Under the pieces are notes generated by a model. The model worked only from the letters and a program-made list of their open reading frames with translations. It did no database searches and was not told the origin of the DNA. From Dipteris shenzhenensis (lineage: Eukaryota), in NCBI GenBank assembly GCA_047967505.1, contig CM106538.1: a stretch of 64,000 nt of DNA. One strand, 5' to 3'. This document shows positions 50,401-62,834 of this stretch, piece after piece; position 1 is the first letter of the stretch; every line of letters begins with the position of its first letter. The position numbers and the translations under genes are program-made.

Positions 50401-53056
50401 TTTGATAGACTTCATACAATTGCGTGATTGGGCTCCACTTATGACTGCTTGGGAAAAATCCCACAATAAAAGCTCTTTTTATGACAGTGAAGGTGATTAG
50501 CTTGGCAGGGCTAAGGGCTCTGTACCAGTGCCCTGCTTTGCTTTCCATGGTGAGTCCAAATGCTCCCACCTTGGTAAGATCATCAAGATCTCCAAAGGTG
50601 GTATATACTTGCTCAAAATTGCTCTACATGGAAGATCAGATCACCTTCCCTGAGTATTTTCGCACCAGCTTTGCAACATTATGCGGTCTAACTTTAAGGA
50701 CGGGTTCTCTGTGGGGATGGGAGGCAGTCGCTCCCCAACCTAAGGCTTCTACTAGTAGGGTAGATAATACATCGATGGGAGATCATAAGATGACAATGGA
50801 TCCCCAAGTCCTGGGTAACCATACCCTAGAGGTGGTGGAACACCTCGTTGGTCTTAGTGGTGGGGATACTGGCATGTGCAATGGTATTGTTGTATGCACC
50901 AGTTGCAAGCTTGGTTCTACCGGGTTTGGGTACCTAGTAATTGGTGAGGGTCTTGGTCCCACTGGAATGTACATCGGAGCTATGGTCCCAAGACTCGGAC
51001 CACTAACTAATGTACCTAGTACATGGACTGATGTGGGTCCTTGATCTCTAATCAATGAGGGGACAATTGTGGGAGGAGGGATTGGAGCTCTCAACCCCAT
51101 TGATTGGGATTGAGTGGCATCATCCTCATTATCCTTTGGAATATCTCCCAAGAATGGCTCTAAATATGGTGAAGGTTGATAAGGGATTTCCACCCCTGGG
51201 TTGGTTCCGTGGAGGTCGTAGGGTAATGAACACCCTAGTAGTATGTACCTCGGTATTGCGTACCATCCTCATGATCTCCTAAGTTTTGGCATGGGGGGAT
51301 GTATGCACTCCATAGATTGTGTTGTGGGCCCAACATGTGGAAATGGTGTATGGGTGCCCTTGGCACTTGTCTGGGTGGAGGGTTCCATGAGGTTCCCTCA
51401 CCGGATGTTCTGTTGTATTTGGCCGCAGGGTTGAATGTTGATAAGTGGGGTTCATAGGCCATGTCTTGGGCTGACTGCACCTCATGAGCCTCTTGATCTC
51501 TTTGTAGAGTTGCTATGTAGGTAGGATGATCAGCCGGTGGTTGCGCTACATCTACGAGGTTTGGTCTGACTGAGCTTTCAAAGGCATTTACAAACTCTGG
51601 CATGGGGGCCTTGGTCTTGGTTCTTCTCGACCCTGGTATAAACATGCTTCCCATTCCTGTTGATGGGGTGGGTGACGCTGCAGCCATTGGAGTCCATGTT
51701 GGCTTTGATGCAAGCTGCATGTCAGTGGCAAAGATCATAGATTTTTCAGGTTGAGAGCTTTTGCTTGTGTCTATCCACTGACTCGAGTATGACTCGAACT
51801 CAGGGTATGACCTGAGTTGCGAGCTTCCTACGATGTATATGGTGAAGCTCGGGGTATGACTAGATAAGCTAGGGGTGGGTGATGCACTTGCTTCATCTTC
51901 TATATCTGGTCCCATCAGTCGTCCTGACCTCAATCGCATGTGGCGAGTGGAGTGCTAGGGATACATGATACAAGAGGACTAAGTCCTCTTGTCCCTTTGT
52001 GGGAACTTGGCGATTTTGTCTAAGTATTTGAAAACCTAGAAAATTTTGCCAGAGGTTCGATGCAAAATGAGCTCCTCAAGGGAAGCTCAATGAGACTCTA
52101 GGGGTTAGTGGCTCGTGAGATTGCAGTTGGACAAGCTGGGGCAAAACTCCGAATGTCAGTAAAAATCAATGTCAAATAGGCAAATAGGAACTGGATGTTG
52201 AGATATCAAGCTCTAGCCCCGATATATCTCTTGGGTGACTATCATTTATGTCACTGTCTATGTTGGTTGTACTCATGGTGTAGTTAGACTGCCACATATG
52301 TTTTTAGTTTGGGTTCACATATGAACCACATATTCTAGGGTTTGATATATAGGGTATAAACCTCTTCTATTGTAGAGTTGTGTGCTATTTTCAACTAAGT
52401 GAAGATAAGCTTTAGCCTCCACATCTTGTGTCTCCTCTCTTGTGTATGTTGTGAAGAAGCTGCAATCGAGTCTCCTCCCTCTCTCCCGCATTCTTTACAT
52501 GGTATCAAAGCTTGGTTCGTGGTGAGGAGCTCAAGCACCAAGTAGAGGTCGCGATACCTTGGTAAGAGGATCTGCGCCTCCTTTCATTTTGGATGTTAGG
52601 GAGCATATCTCTGTAGGTACACAGCTGTGAGTGCAAGGTGCACTATCACTGACTCTGATGCCCCATGGTGTGAAGCTTGGGTGCATTACCCTAAGAAAAA
52701 CAAATTGCAAAGCAGAGAATGACGCATCGAAATCGCGGTTCAGGGCCGTTTCGGGGTCCGTTTTGGCATCGCAAAGTTTCCGTCGGCACTCAGGAGAAGT
52801 GGCCATTTTTTGATTGTGTATGTCGTATTTTCGCCTATGTGATTTTTGACAGAGAGGCTGCTGTGTGACACCAATGCAGAGATCCTGAGAAACACAGGCC
52901 AGTTTGGGTTGCTGTGTTTATGCATATTCGTCACTTGAAGTGACTTATGGTTGCTTGCCACTGCCCCTGTGAGGCTATTTGCAGAAGCTTTGTTGTTTGC
53001 CCTTATGAGGTATTTGCTGTGTTTACAGGTTGCTGTTGCAGTTCGTGATTTGTAAA

Positions 53057-54105
53057 ATGTCTAAGAATCTGTCTACCATTGTCAGTGAGAAGCTTGACAA
53101 GAACAACTTCCAAGCATGGAAGTTCAGGATGACAAACTTCTTTATGGGAAAGGGAGTTTGGGAGTACATCAGTGGTGAAACTGCAGAACCAGTCTTGGGT
53201 GCTGCTTCCACTCCTGCTGAATTGAAGGCCTTTAAAGAATGGCATGAAAAAGCCAGGAAATGCTTGTATTGGTTGTTTGTCAGCATTTCAGATTCTATGA
53301 TTGTGCATGTACAGGATGTAGAGATGCCTAAGGAGGCATGGGATACATTGGTGAAGCTGTATAGCACAAATACCAATGCACGAAAGATGTAGCTCAAGTA
53401 GGAGTTGCACAATGTGCAAAGGAAAAATCTGAATATAAATGAGTATTCCTTGAAGGTAAAAGGCCTTGCAGATTCTCTTGGCTCCATTGGAGCACCTGTT
53501 GATGATGAGGACTATGTGTCTGTGACCTTGAATGGTCTTGGGAAGGATTATGCACAGTTTCGGACATCCATTGGAGTCCGTGAAACATTTCCTGATTTTC
53601 AGGAACTTATTGCTCTCTTGCTAAGTGAAGAGCAAAGGAATGGTTGTTCAGCCACCTCAACTTCCCAAGAGTCTGCTTTCTACTTGAATATAGGTAGAGG
53701 CAGGGGTAGAGGAAGAGGCCATTTTGGTGGCCGCACAGGAAATTAGAACCAGCATCAACAACAGGAAAACCAGTTCTATGGAGGAGGATGTGGTAGTTCT
53801 AGAGGCAGGGGGAGCCAAAGAGGCCGTGGTTCATGGCAAAGGAACTAGCAAGTAAATAGTAGCACGGAATGCTATTATTGTGGAAAGCTTGGACACAAGG
53901 AGAATACATGCTATAAAAAGTAGAATGACATCAGAAGTGGGAAGTTGCAGCAAAGCAACTATGCATCATCAAGCGGGCATGGTGATGACAGAAATGAGCA
54001 CCTTTTTGTGATGCAGCATATGGTTAACTCCCTGACAGGAGATGCTGTAGCTTGCAATGATGTTTGGTATGTTGATTCAGGTGCCTCTAACCACATGACC
54101 AGTCA
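53057..54105 (+). pseudogene. Copia gag + protease start
   Basis: MSKNLSTIVSEKLDKNNFQAWKF, LNGLGKDY, CYYCGKLGHKENTC knuckle, WYVDSGASNHMT. Several TAG stops. Confidence 0.9.
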
Positions 54106-57100
54106 TATAGTGTAGATTAGGATAGCTGTCATCTAGCTATTATTCATGGGCGGTGTACCAACCGCATCTGTAGCTAACAAGTCGGTGACATAAATGCACA
54201 ACGGTCACCCTGGCATATCGCGAGTGGAGCTCGATATCTCAAAACTCCCCCTCGAGCTCAATCCCAATTCCTGCACACCAAGCAGGTCTCTGAACTTGCG
54301 CAGCTTCTCTGTGCCCAGTGCCTTCGTGAATATGTCAGCTACCTAATCCTCTGTGCTGACATAAACTAGATCAATAAGACCTAGTAAAACCTTCTCCTGC
54401 ACATAGTGATAATGCACCTCAATGTGCTTTGTTCTAGCATGATAGACTGGGTTATTTGCCAAGTGTATACTGCTCATGTTGTCACAATAAATGACAACCG
54501 GCCCATCTGTAGACTGATGCATATCATAGAGTAGCTTATGCAACCAAGCTACCTCACATGCAGCCATTGCTGCACCCCTGTACTCAGCCTCTGTGCTCGA
54601 CAAGGCAACTGTAGGCTGTTTCTTACTGCTCCAAGTGACTGCAACACTCCCAAAAGAGAACACATATCCACTGGTAGATCGTCTATCAGAAATACTACCA
54701 GCCCAATCAGCATCAGTGTATCCATGCAACTATATCTGAACCCGAGCCTCATAAAATAGTCCATACTGCAATGTGGACTTCACATACCTGAGTATGCATC
54801 TAGCCGCATCCAAATGCAGTTTCCTTGGAGCCTGCATAAACTGACTTACCAACCCAACAGCATAGCTCAAATCTGGCCTGGTAATAGTCATGTAAATCAA
54901 ACTTCCTACTATGTGTCTGTACATAGTAGGGTCTTCCAGAAGCTCACCTGCATCTGCGCTCAGCTTCACATTCTGCTCCAAAGGAACTGAAATAGGCTTA
55001 CAGCCTGTCATCCCATATTTGGACAGCATGTCCAGTCCATACTGCCTCTGCAAGAGCTGTATCCCACTTGGTGATCTAATCACCTCAATGCCCAAGAAAT
55101 AATGCAGCTCTCCCAAATCCTTCATCTCAAACTTCTGCCTCAATAGCATTTTCACATGAAGGATATCTTCATCACTATCACCTGTGATGATCAAATCATC
55201 AACATAAATGACAAGCAGCATAATCCCTTTCTCTGTTTTTCTCACATAGAGTGAGAAATCTGCCTTGGAAATCTGAAAGCCAATAGTGACAAGATACTGT
55301 CCTATCTTGTCAGACCATGCTCTAGGTGCTTGCTTCAAGCCATACAAGGCTTTCTTCAATCTGCAAACAAACTCAGGATGAATAGCATGAACATAACCTG
55401 CTCGGGGGGGTCACTCATCATATGTAACCCTATCACGTGAGTTCAACAAAAGGATATTTTTTATTTCTAAAATTTACAGAAATAAATATACATAAGGGAC
55501 TATTTAAAATAGTTTTGGAAAAAATTTACAGATTTGTATAGAAAGGGGTACATTTTATTAATGAAAAATTTACACAGATAAGGGATTTTAGAAATATGCC
55601 TTGAACGCACGTGGTATAGAGGGTTTATACATAGTGACCCCCCTGAGATAACCTGCTGGCTGCTCCATAAAGACCTCTTCTTGCAAATCTCTTGTAAATC
55701 ACCATGCAAGAAGGCATTCTTTACATCCATCTGATGTAAAGACCATCCCTTTGATGCAGCCATAGCAATGGCTGCTCTTACAGTTTCCATCCTTGCAACC
55801 AGGCTGAAAGTTTCTTCATAATCAATGCCATATGTCTGTGCATACCCCTTGACAACTAATCTTGCCTTGTATCTATTCACAGAACCATCTGCATTGTGCT
55901 TGATCTTATAAACCCACTTACAGCCAATTGCATTCTTGTCTTTAGGCAAAGGCACCAATTCCCATGTAGCATTTGCATCCAAGGCATCCATTTCTTCATC
56001 CATGGCTTTCTCCCATTTTTCATTTCCCATGGCTTGCTCAAAAGAAGTGGGTTCTGGTTCCTGTATCACTTTGACCATATAGGCATAGTGAATGGCTGTA
56101 AATCCATCATATTTCAGCCTATCCACAGGATACCTAACCCTGGTAGACCTGCGCAAAATAGGCTCACTTCCAGGTACTCTCAAAACATCCCTGGTCTTCC
56201 TTACTCCAGGTGTAACAACAGAAGGAATACCCAACTTATCATCAATGCTCTGCTCTGAGCCACTGGATTCACCATCCACATAAGAGTGACCTGCATTCAC
56301 ATCAAACATGGGCTGATCTACCTTCTCTTTCCCTTTTTGTGATACCTGTGTACCACTATCTGCATTGCTTTGAGGAGATTCTCCTGATCTCAATCTACCT
56401 GTCCATGGCGAAGTATGTGAACCACTACTAGAGGACACTGTAGGTCCACTGATATTTTGTGATTGCTGCTGTGAATTTTGTGCAGCATTACCATATTGTG
56501 CATCTACATCAATCATTACATCTACTGGTTTATACCAGCTACTCATCTCATAAAAAAAACATCTCTGCTCACTGTGAACTTACGTGTAGAAGGGTTATAG
56601 CATCTATACCCTTTCTGCTACAGAGAATAACCAATAAAGATGCACTTCTCAGCCTTTGGATCCAACTTGGACCTCAACTCATCTGGCACATGAACATAGG
56701 CAATGCAACCAAAAATTTTCAAATGAGAAATGTCTGGTTTCCTACCAGTATACATCTCCTCTGGCATCATGCCATGTATTGCTACAGTGGGAGTCCTGTT
56801 CATTATATAAACTGTTGTAGCAACTGCTTCAGCCCAATAATAATCTAGTAGATCTTTTTCATTTAGCATGGCCCGAGATACCTCTCCAATATGCCTGTTT
56901 TTCCTTTCTGCAATTCCATTTTGCTGTGGGGTATGACTGCATGAATATTGCTGCTTTATGCCATGCTCCTACAAGAACCTTGCAAACTCATTTGAGAGGT
57001 ACTCTCCCCCTCCATCTGACCTTAGGCATTTTATTTATAGGCCTGTTTCTTTTTCAACCATAGCTTTAAAAGCTTTGAAGTGCCCAAACACTTCACTTTT

Positions 57101-58035
57101 CTTTTTCATAAAATACACCCAAAGTTTTCTACTGAAGTCATCAATAAATGTGACAAAATAGTGACAGCCTCCAATAGATGCAGCTTTAGTAGTCCACACA
57201 TCAGAGTGGATTAATTCCAATGGCTTTTTACTCTCTTGAACATGCTTAGGAAATGGTTTCCTTGCTTGTTTTCCAAATTGATAGGCTTCACACACCTTAT
57301 GCATTTCTACAACCTTGAATTTAGGCAATCTTGCAACAATATTTTGGGCCTGCATTGATTTAAGTCGCTGTACATTAACATGACCAATGCATTTATGCCA
57401 CATATCAATATCTACAACTACACCGGTCCCATGTGCAAACATTGCTGCACTCAATTCAGCATGTCCGCATCTTGTGTAAACATCCTGCCTTTCTTCTTTC
57501 CTTTTGCTATCAAGCGACCATTATTTTTCATATCCTCAACAAAGCATCCATGAGGATTGAATCTGACCTGCAAGCCCTGCTCAACCATTTGACCAACAGA
57601 AACCAGGTTCTTGGTGATGTTCGGGACATAAAATACATCAGACAAGTATTTCTTTTTCCCATCCTACATAGACAAAGGAATTTTGCCAATCTGCACAATA
57701 GGATGTGCAGTATCATCACCAGTCTCCACAAATCCTGGTTTTTCCATTTTCCTTGCATCTGGCATCCATTCAGCATGACCTGTCATGTGGTTTGACGCAC
57801 TTGAGTCAACATACCACACATCATTGCTCTCTTCTGCACTTGTCACAGAATTTGCCATATGCTGTACCATAAACAAATGCTCATTTCTGTCATCACCCTG
57901 TCTACTAGAGGATGCATAATTGCCTTGCTGCAATTTTCCATTCATAATGTCATTCTGCTTTTTGTAGCAGTCTTTAGCCATATGCCCCATTTTACCACAG
58001 TAGTAGCATTCAACATTGCTGTTTGCATTTTGGCC
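54106..58035 (-). mobile_element. inverted Copia (sister family): knuckle-PR-INT-RT-RNaseH-PPT-partial LTR
   Basis: [74 protein letters not shown] 54253-54245. LTR piece 54244-54106 differs from the host LTR. Confidence 0.93.
55401..55647. mobile_element. 247-bp MITE, copy 3, inserted in Copia RT
   Basis: TIRs CTCGGGGGGGTCACT / AGTGACCCCCCTGAG. 8-bp TSD ATAACCTG at 55393-55400 and 55648-55655. Confidence 0.95.
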
Positions 58036-58039
58036 TCTC

Positions 58040-58214
58040 TACGTATTCTAGGGTTTGACATATAGGGTATACCCCTTTTCTATTGTAGTGTTGTTGTGTG
58101 CTATTTTCAACTAAGTGAAGATAAGCTTCAGCCTCCACACATCGTGTCTCCTCTCTTGTGTATGTTATGAAGAAGCTACAATCGAGTCTCCTCCCTCTCT
58201 CCCGCATTCTTTAC
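58040..58214 (+). mobile_element. extra half-LTR of the host Copia family
   Basis: Matches the 3' half of LTR 52196-52499, ends ttctttaca, and is fused to RNaseH-coding caaagcacattgag. Confidence 0.88.
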
Positions 58215-58709
58215 ACAAAGCACATTGAGGTGCATTATCACTTTGTGAGGGAGAAGGTTCTAGCTGGTGAGATTGATCTTGTTTATGTCAGCATTGAGGA
58301 GCAGGTGGCTGATATTTTTACAAAGGCCTTGGGTACCGAGAAGCTTCACAGATTTAGGAGCTTGCTTGGTGTACTTGAGATGGATTTGAGCTTGAGGGGG
58401 AGTGTTGAGATATCAAGCTCTAGCCCCGATATATCTCCTAGGTGACTATCATTTATGTCACCATCTATGTTGATTGTACTCGTGGTGTAGTTAGACTGCC
58501 ACGTATGTTTTTGGTTTGGGTTCACATATGAACCATGTATTCTATGGTTTGACATATAAGGTATAACCCTCTTCTATTGTAGAGTTGTTGTGTGATATTT
58601 TCAACTAAGTGAAGATAAGCTTCAGCCTCCACATCTTGTGTCTCCTTTCTTGTGTATGTTGTGAAGAAGCTGCAATCGAGTCTCCTCCCTCTCCCCCGCA
58701 TTCTTTACA

Positions 58710-58881
58710 CTGGAAAAGTAGGAAAAATTCAAAAAAACAAATAGGCAAATAGGAACTGGAAAAGTAGGAAAAATCAATGTCAAATAGGCAAATAGGAACT
58801 TCGAATGTCAGTAAAAATCAATGTCAAATAGGAAAAGTAGGAACTGGAAAAGTAGGAAAAATTCATGGGGATCTATCAACA
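58710..58881. repeat. A-rich tandem motifs continuing 52150-52195 (probable Gypsy LTR/leader)
   Basis: aaaatcaatgtcaaataggcaaataggaactgga units on both sides of the Copia. Minus-strand TGTTGA start at 58881. Confidence 0.6.
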
Positions 58882-59265
58882 TCCGCACGGGTAAGTGTTT
58901 CCTTACAAAAAAGTTTTCAATCGACTATGTCCATCGCCTAAGCGATTTTGCCTGATTTTGAGCATGTTTTTGGGGTTTTCTCGACCTATGATGTGTCGGG
59001 GGTGTGTGGGGAGAGATACTCTAGGAATGTATGACAAAAAATTAAGAAAAAACAACAAAAACATGGGTGAACAGAATTTCTTGAGATTTTTGTCCATTTC
59101 TACCCCTAGTTTCCGTCGAAAAAAAGCTTAAAAATGCAAGTTTTGTGTGTTTTTTGTGGGGTTTCTTTTCATTAACAGCTTGGCTAAGCTACCGCACTAC
59201 TCAATGTCCAATCTAAGCTACTTCCATCCCAACAAACTCCTAAAAAGACTAAAAACTCTATCTAG

Positions 59266-59309
<44 letters not shown>

Positions 59310-59589
59310 CCCCCTATGCCTCCACCACCAGCTCCTTTCATCAGAGCTAAGCAATGGGTTTATCGAAAGGAAGGAGGATAACGTAAAGAAACATGCACCC
59401 AATCTCCAGCAATGGCGATAAAAATGTTAACTCATGGACCTACCTTGAGAGAACGTGTCATGGGGATCAAGATGCTACGCCGTGGAGGTGCTCCATGCCT
59501 CCGACCGCTCGCCATAAGTCAATGATTACCTTTGTCATACTCCCTTCTGCAGGTATCACACGCCCATGGCTCCCAAAATCTCACTGTTC

Positions 59590-61145
59590 GATGATCTGCA
59601 AGAAGGGGAAGGGGGAGGGCGGGGAAGGGGGAACGCGTAACGCAGCAACAAAGAGCAGGCAGTAATGGAAACAAGCAATCATAACTCAAACACAACACAA
59701 GGGAGTGGGAGGGAAATGGATAGCTTGTATTCCTTGAAAATGATAATGAAGACTAAAGTCAAAGGTCTTGGCCTTTATACAAGACCTTTTTCAAAGGGAT
59801 GGTCTAACCCTAACTTCCAGTACTATACCTAATTCTCTAATTTGGTCAAATTAGACCCAAATCGAGATCTGATTGGTGCAGCCTCTTCCTAGTAGTATCG
59901 GGAACAACATATACAAGGCTTTCTATTTCCCTCCTCTCATTTCAATTAAATGGCCTCCGCTTTATACAATAAATGATGTGTTTCTGCATATGTACAAAAG
60001 AATGCCAAAAATGTAGTCGGTGCCCGCTAGCTTTGTTAACCTTGACAAAACGGTTAACATTGTGTGCCAAGTTGAAGGAATAGAGCTCCAAGCTTCCCTT
60101 CTCCCTTATGTCTTGTGGATTCTTGTTTGCTTCCATTTGTTGTTGGACTTTCACAATTGCTACGCCTACGATTCCCCTTCTCATTGCACTCATGATACAC
60201 TTCCTCTCTTTTCCTTTTTTCCTCTTCTCCTCTTCTTCTCATCTTGTGGAATTGTGATAGCAACAAGCTGAGGGACTACGAGAGTGACACTTACAAAATG
60301 GTTGTTTGATTGGCTTCTACCTAGAAGTAGCATGGAGAAGAGCACTCCACCAATGCGCTTGTTGGTAGATCTCCAATGACATGTGAGTCACCACCAAGGA
60401 CTTAGCATTTTTTGGCACCGTTGCCGGGGACTTTAGCAAGATATGCTCTGTCTACACCAATATTTCCATCATCATCTACTCGCAGTGGCTTCAGGCGTGC
60501 CGCGAGCTCATGGAGTGGATGGAGAAGGCCAACATCATGTGCTACAATTGAAGATCTATACCAAAGACCTCTCCTCCAACTCAGAGATCCAAGGGATGGG
60601 ATCTACTTGAGGTCATGGAGCATGTTAACCACTTTGTGAAGGGTTAACAGATCCATGGGCCCCCATTGTGATAGCAAAGAAAATTTTGCAGAAATTTTTA
60701 CCAAACCACTCGGTAAAGAGCTATTCGAGAAACACCGACTAGTCCTCCATTTTTGCACTATTCTTTTGTACATATGCAAAAATGCATCATTGTTCGTGAA
60801 TAGCGGAGATCATGTAATTGAAATATATAGTGAGGTAAGTAGAGAAGCTTTGTATTATGTTTTTGATACTACTAGAAAGAGGCCAAGCCAGTCAGATCTT
60901 AGTTTGGGTCTATTTTGACCAAATTAGAGAATTAGGTCTAGTAGTGGAAAGTTAGGGTTGGACCTCCCTTTGGAAAAGGTCATGTATAAAAGCCAAGTCT
61001 TTTGACTTTAATCTTCACTTTTTTATTGCAATGAATACAAGCTCTCTCCTTCCCTCCACTCCCTTGTGTTGTGTGGTGATCTTGGTTGTTTGCTTTCATG
61101 CTTGCTCTCTTATTTGTTGCTACGGACTACGCATTCCCCCTTCCC
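59590..61145. mobile_element. Athila-like Gypsy LTR fragments in opposite orientations
   Basis: 59590-59876 is a diverged reverse complement of 60886-61145. An LTR end at ~60406 is followed by a PBS. Confidence 0.7.
60413..60430 (+). promoter_or_regulatory. primer binding site (tRNA-Asp type, Athila-like)
   Basis: TGGCACCGTTGCCGGGGA, one mismatch from TGGCGCCGTTGCCGGGGA. Confidence 0.8.
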
Positions 61146-61604
61146 CCTTCACCCCGCTCTCATGTATCTTCTCATCCCCTTTCCCACCCCCTTCCCCTTC
61201 TTGTGGAGCAATGAGAAAGAGAGAGTCCGGAGGCCGTGGGCATCTATAGTTCACACCTCCTTCCCACGCCTTGTGCAACCACACCTCCAACCCCCGAGCT
61301 ATCTCACTCTCACTCTCACTCACCATTTGCAACTACCTATTAATTCACCTCCAACCCCAAGTGACTTATAGTACACCCGAGAAATGAGTGAGAGTGAGAG
61401 TGAGATAGCTCGGGGGTTGGAGGTGAGTGAGAGTGAGAGTGAGATAGTTCGAGGGTTGGAGGTGTGGGTGCACAGGGCATGGGAAGGAAGTGTCAACTAT
61501 AGATACCCACGGCCTCCGGACTCTCTCTTTCTCATTGCTCCACAAGAAGGGGAAGGGGGTGGGAAAGGGGATGAGAAGATACATGAGAGCGGGGTGAAGG
61601 GGAA
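61141..61604. repeat. long near-perfect inverted repeat (hairpin)
   Basis: Arms 61141-61322 and 61385-61604, ~62-nt loop, 39-bp tandem duplication in the right arm. Confidence 0.92.
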
Positions 61605-62139
61605 ACTACCCTCTCTTTATCATGTATATATATACTACCTGCTGCTCTCATCCAACTCTTCAATATAGCACACAGTAGTTATGAACCCTTACCGGCTCAT
61701 GCCACGTGGAGGACGAGATTATGAACAACCCCAAATCTACTTCTAATCTCATGTCGTGCCATGAGTGACTATGGAGGGACTCCATTCCAAGGGGCAACAT
61801 ATCTAGGATGATCAGGTGGGAGAAATTGATGGTGATTTTCGTAGATGACCTTCCTCAAGTCCTCTAGTCGCGAAGCAACTAGCGAAGCCACAAACAAGAT
61901 ATGCATGGTAACCTGATGTAGAGAGACCTAAACAATAGACACAATTGCGTAAACAAGGTGGATTCTCAATGCCATATCAATTGCATACTCATAATTAAAA
62001 GTTCAATGCTTACCTGAACACTTGCCATAGCCTAGGAAGTCATACATCGTCCACATCAATAGTGCCTTCAAGATAATACAACTCTCCATAACTGGAGACC
62101 TATTACACTTCTTGGGACAGCTTATAAGATCCTAGTGAA

Positions 62140-62834
62140 GACTTTGGCCCTTCGCTTGAAGCCACTTCTCCCGGATATCATTAGAGCCACATAGATAGGA
62201 TTTGTCCAAGATCCGAGTATCTTGGACAATGTGTTTACATTTTGGGAGGCTACTCATTGGGCATAGGAGAGCCAGGAGGATATTGCAGTCCTTCTTCTCG
62301 ATTTCAAGAAGGCTTATGATAGAATTGATTGGGGCTTCCTGGAGTACACTATGAGGAGGCTTGGCTTCAGGGACAAGTGGATTTTATGGGTCTCTTCCTT
62401 GTATTCTCATTCGGCCAATAGGATGGTGTTATGTGGGGGTAGAGGACCTACTTTTTAGTTGTCCAGATCAATTCTTCAGGGATTCCCTCTTGCACCTTAT
62501 CTTTTTCTTTTTGTGACTGAGGCTATGGGGTACTTCTTGTAGGTTGCTAGTCTTGGCATTTTGGGACTCTCCCTTCCGATTAGACAGGAGCAAGAGCTTC
62601 TTAATATTGAGCTCGCCGATGACACCTTAGTGATAATCAGAGGTGATGCCTAAAGCCTAGCTATTGTTGCCTATTCCATTGACAAGTTTTGCCTAGCCTT
62701 AGGAGGACTTGTTAATTGGAATAAATCAAAAGGAATCTGGACTAGGGCTCAGTAGAACACTCCAGCTTTGGGAGATGACATAGGCTTTGTTTGGGTCCCC
62801 AGAGGTACTTCCACGAAGTACTTGGGCTTCTATT
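62140..62834 (+). mobile_element. LINE (L1-type) reverse transcriptase fragment
   Basis: GFVQDPSILDNV, LLLDFKKAYDRIDWGFL, SILQGFPLAPYLF, LADDT, VNWNKS, KYLGF. Contains stops. Confidence 0.9.

Larger units (their letters stand above)
45590..52190 (-). mobile_element. Ty3/Gypsy retrotransposon, near full-length gag-pol, decayed
   Basis: ORF start 51939 MRLRSGR; gag KAGHWY (~50540); protease ILDGGLGVS (~49620); RT FLDD (~48045); RNaseH HIDASAFAIG...NYTTTE; integrase GGHF...CNEC, FEKWGIGF, VSDRGS, YYPQANG. Domain order PR-RT-RH-INT. Confidence 0.93.
52196..58709 (+). mobile_element. Ty1/Copia element with both LTRs and TSD, internally rearranged
   Basis: LTRs 52196-52499 and 58403-58709 (TG..CA), PBS TGGTATCAAAGC 52500-52511, PPT GAGGGGGAG 58394-58402, TSD CTGGA at 52191-52195 and 58710-58714. 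Confidence 0.95.

Noticed and set aside
55500-55700. Novel C-terminus on the 348-aa Copia ORF
   Set aside because: Frameshift plus read-through into the MITE at 55401-55647.
60655-60750. ENFAEIFTKPLGKELFEKHR peptide
   Set aside because: A <100-bp scrap of a Copia RNaseH tail, not an independent gene.
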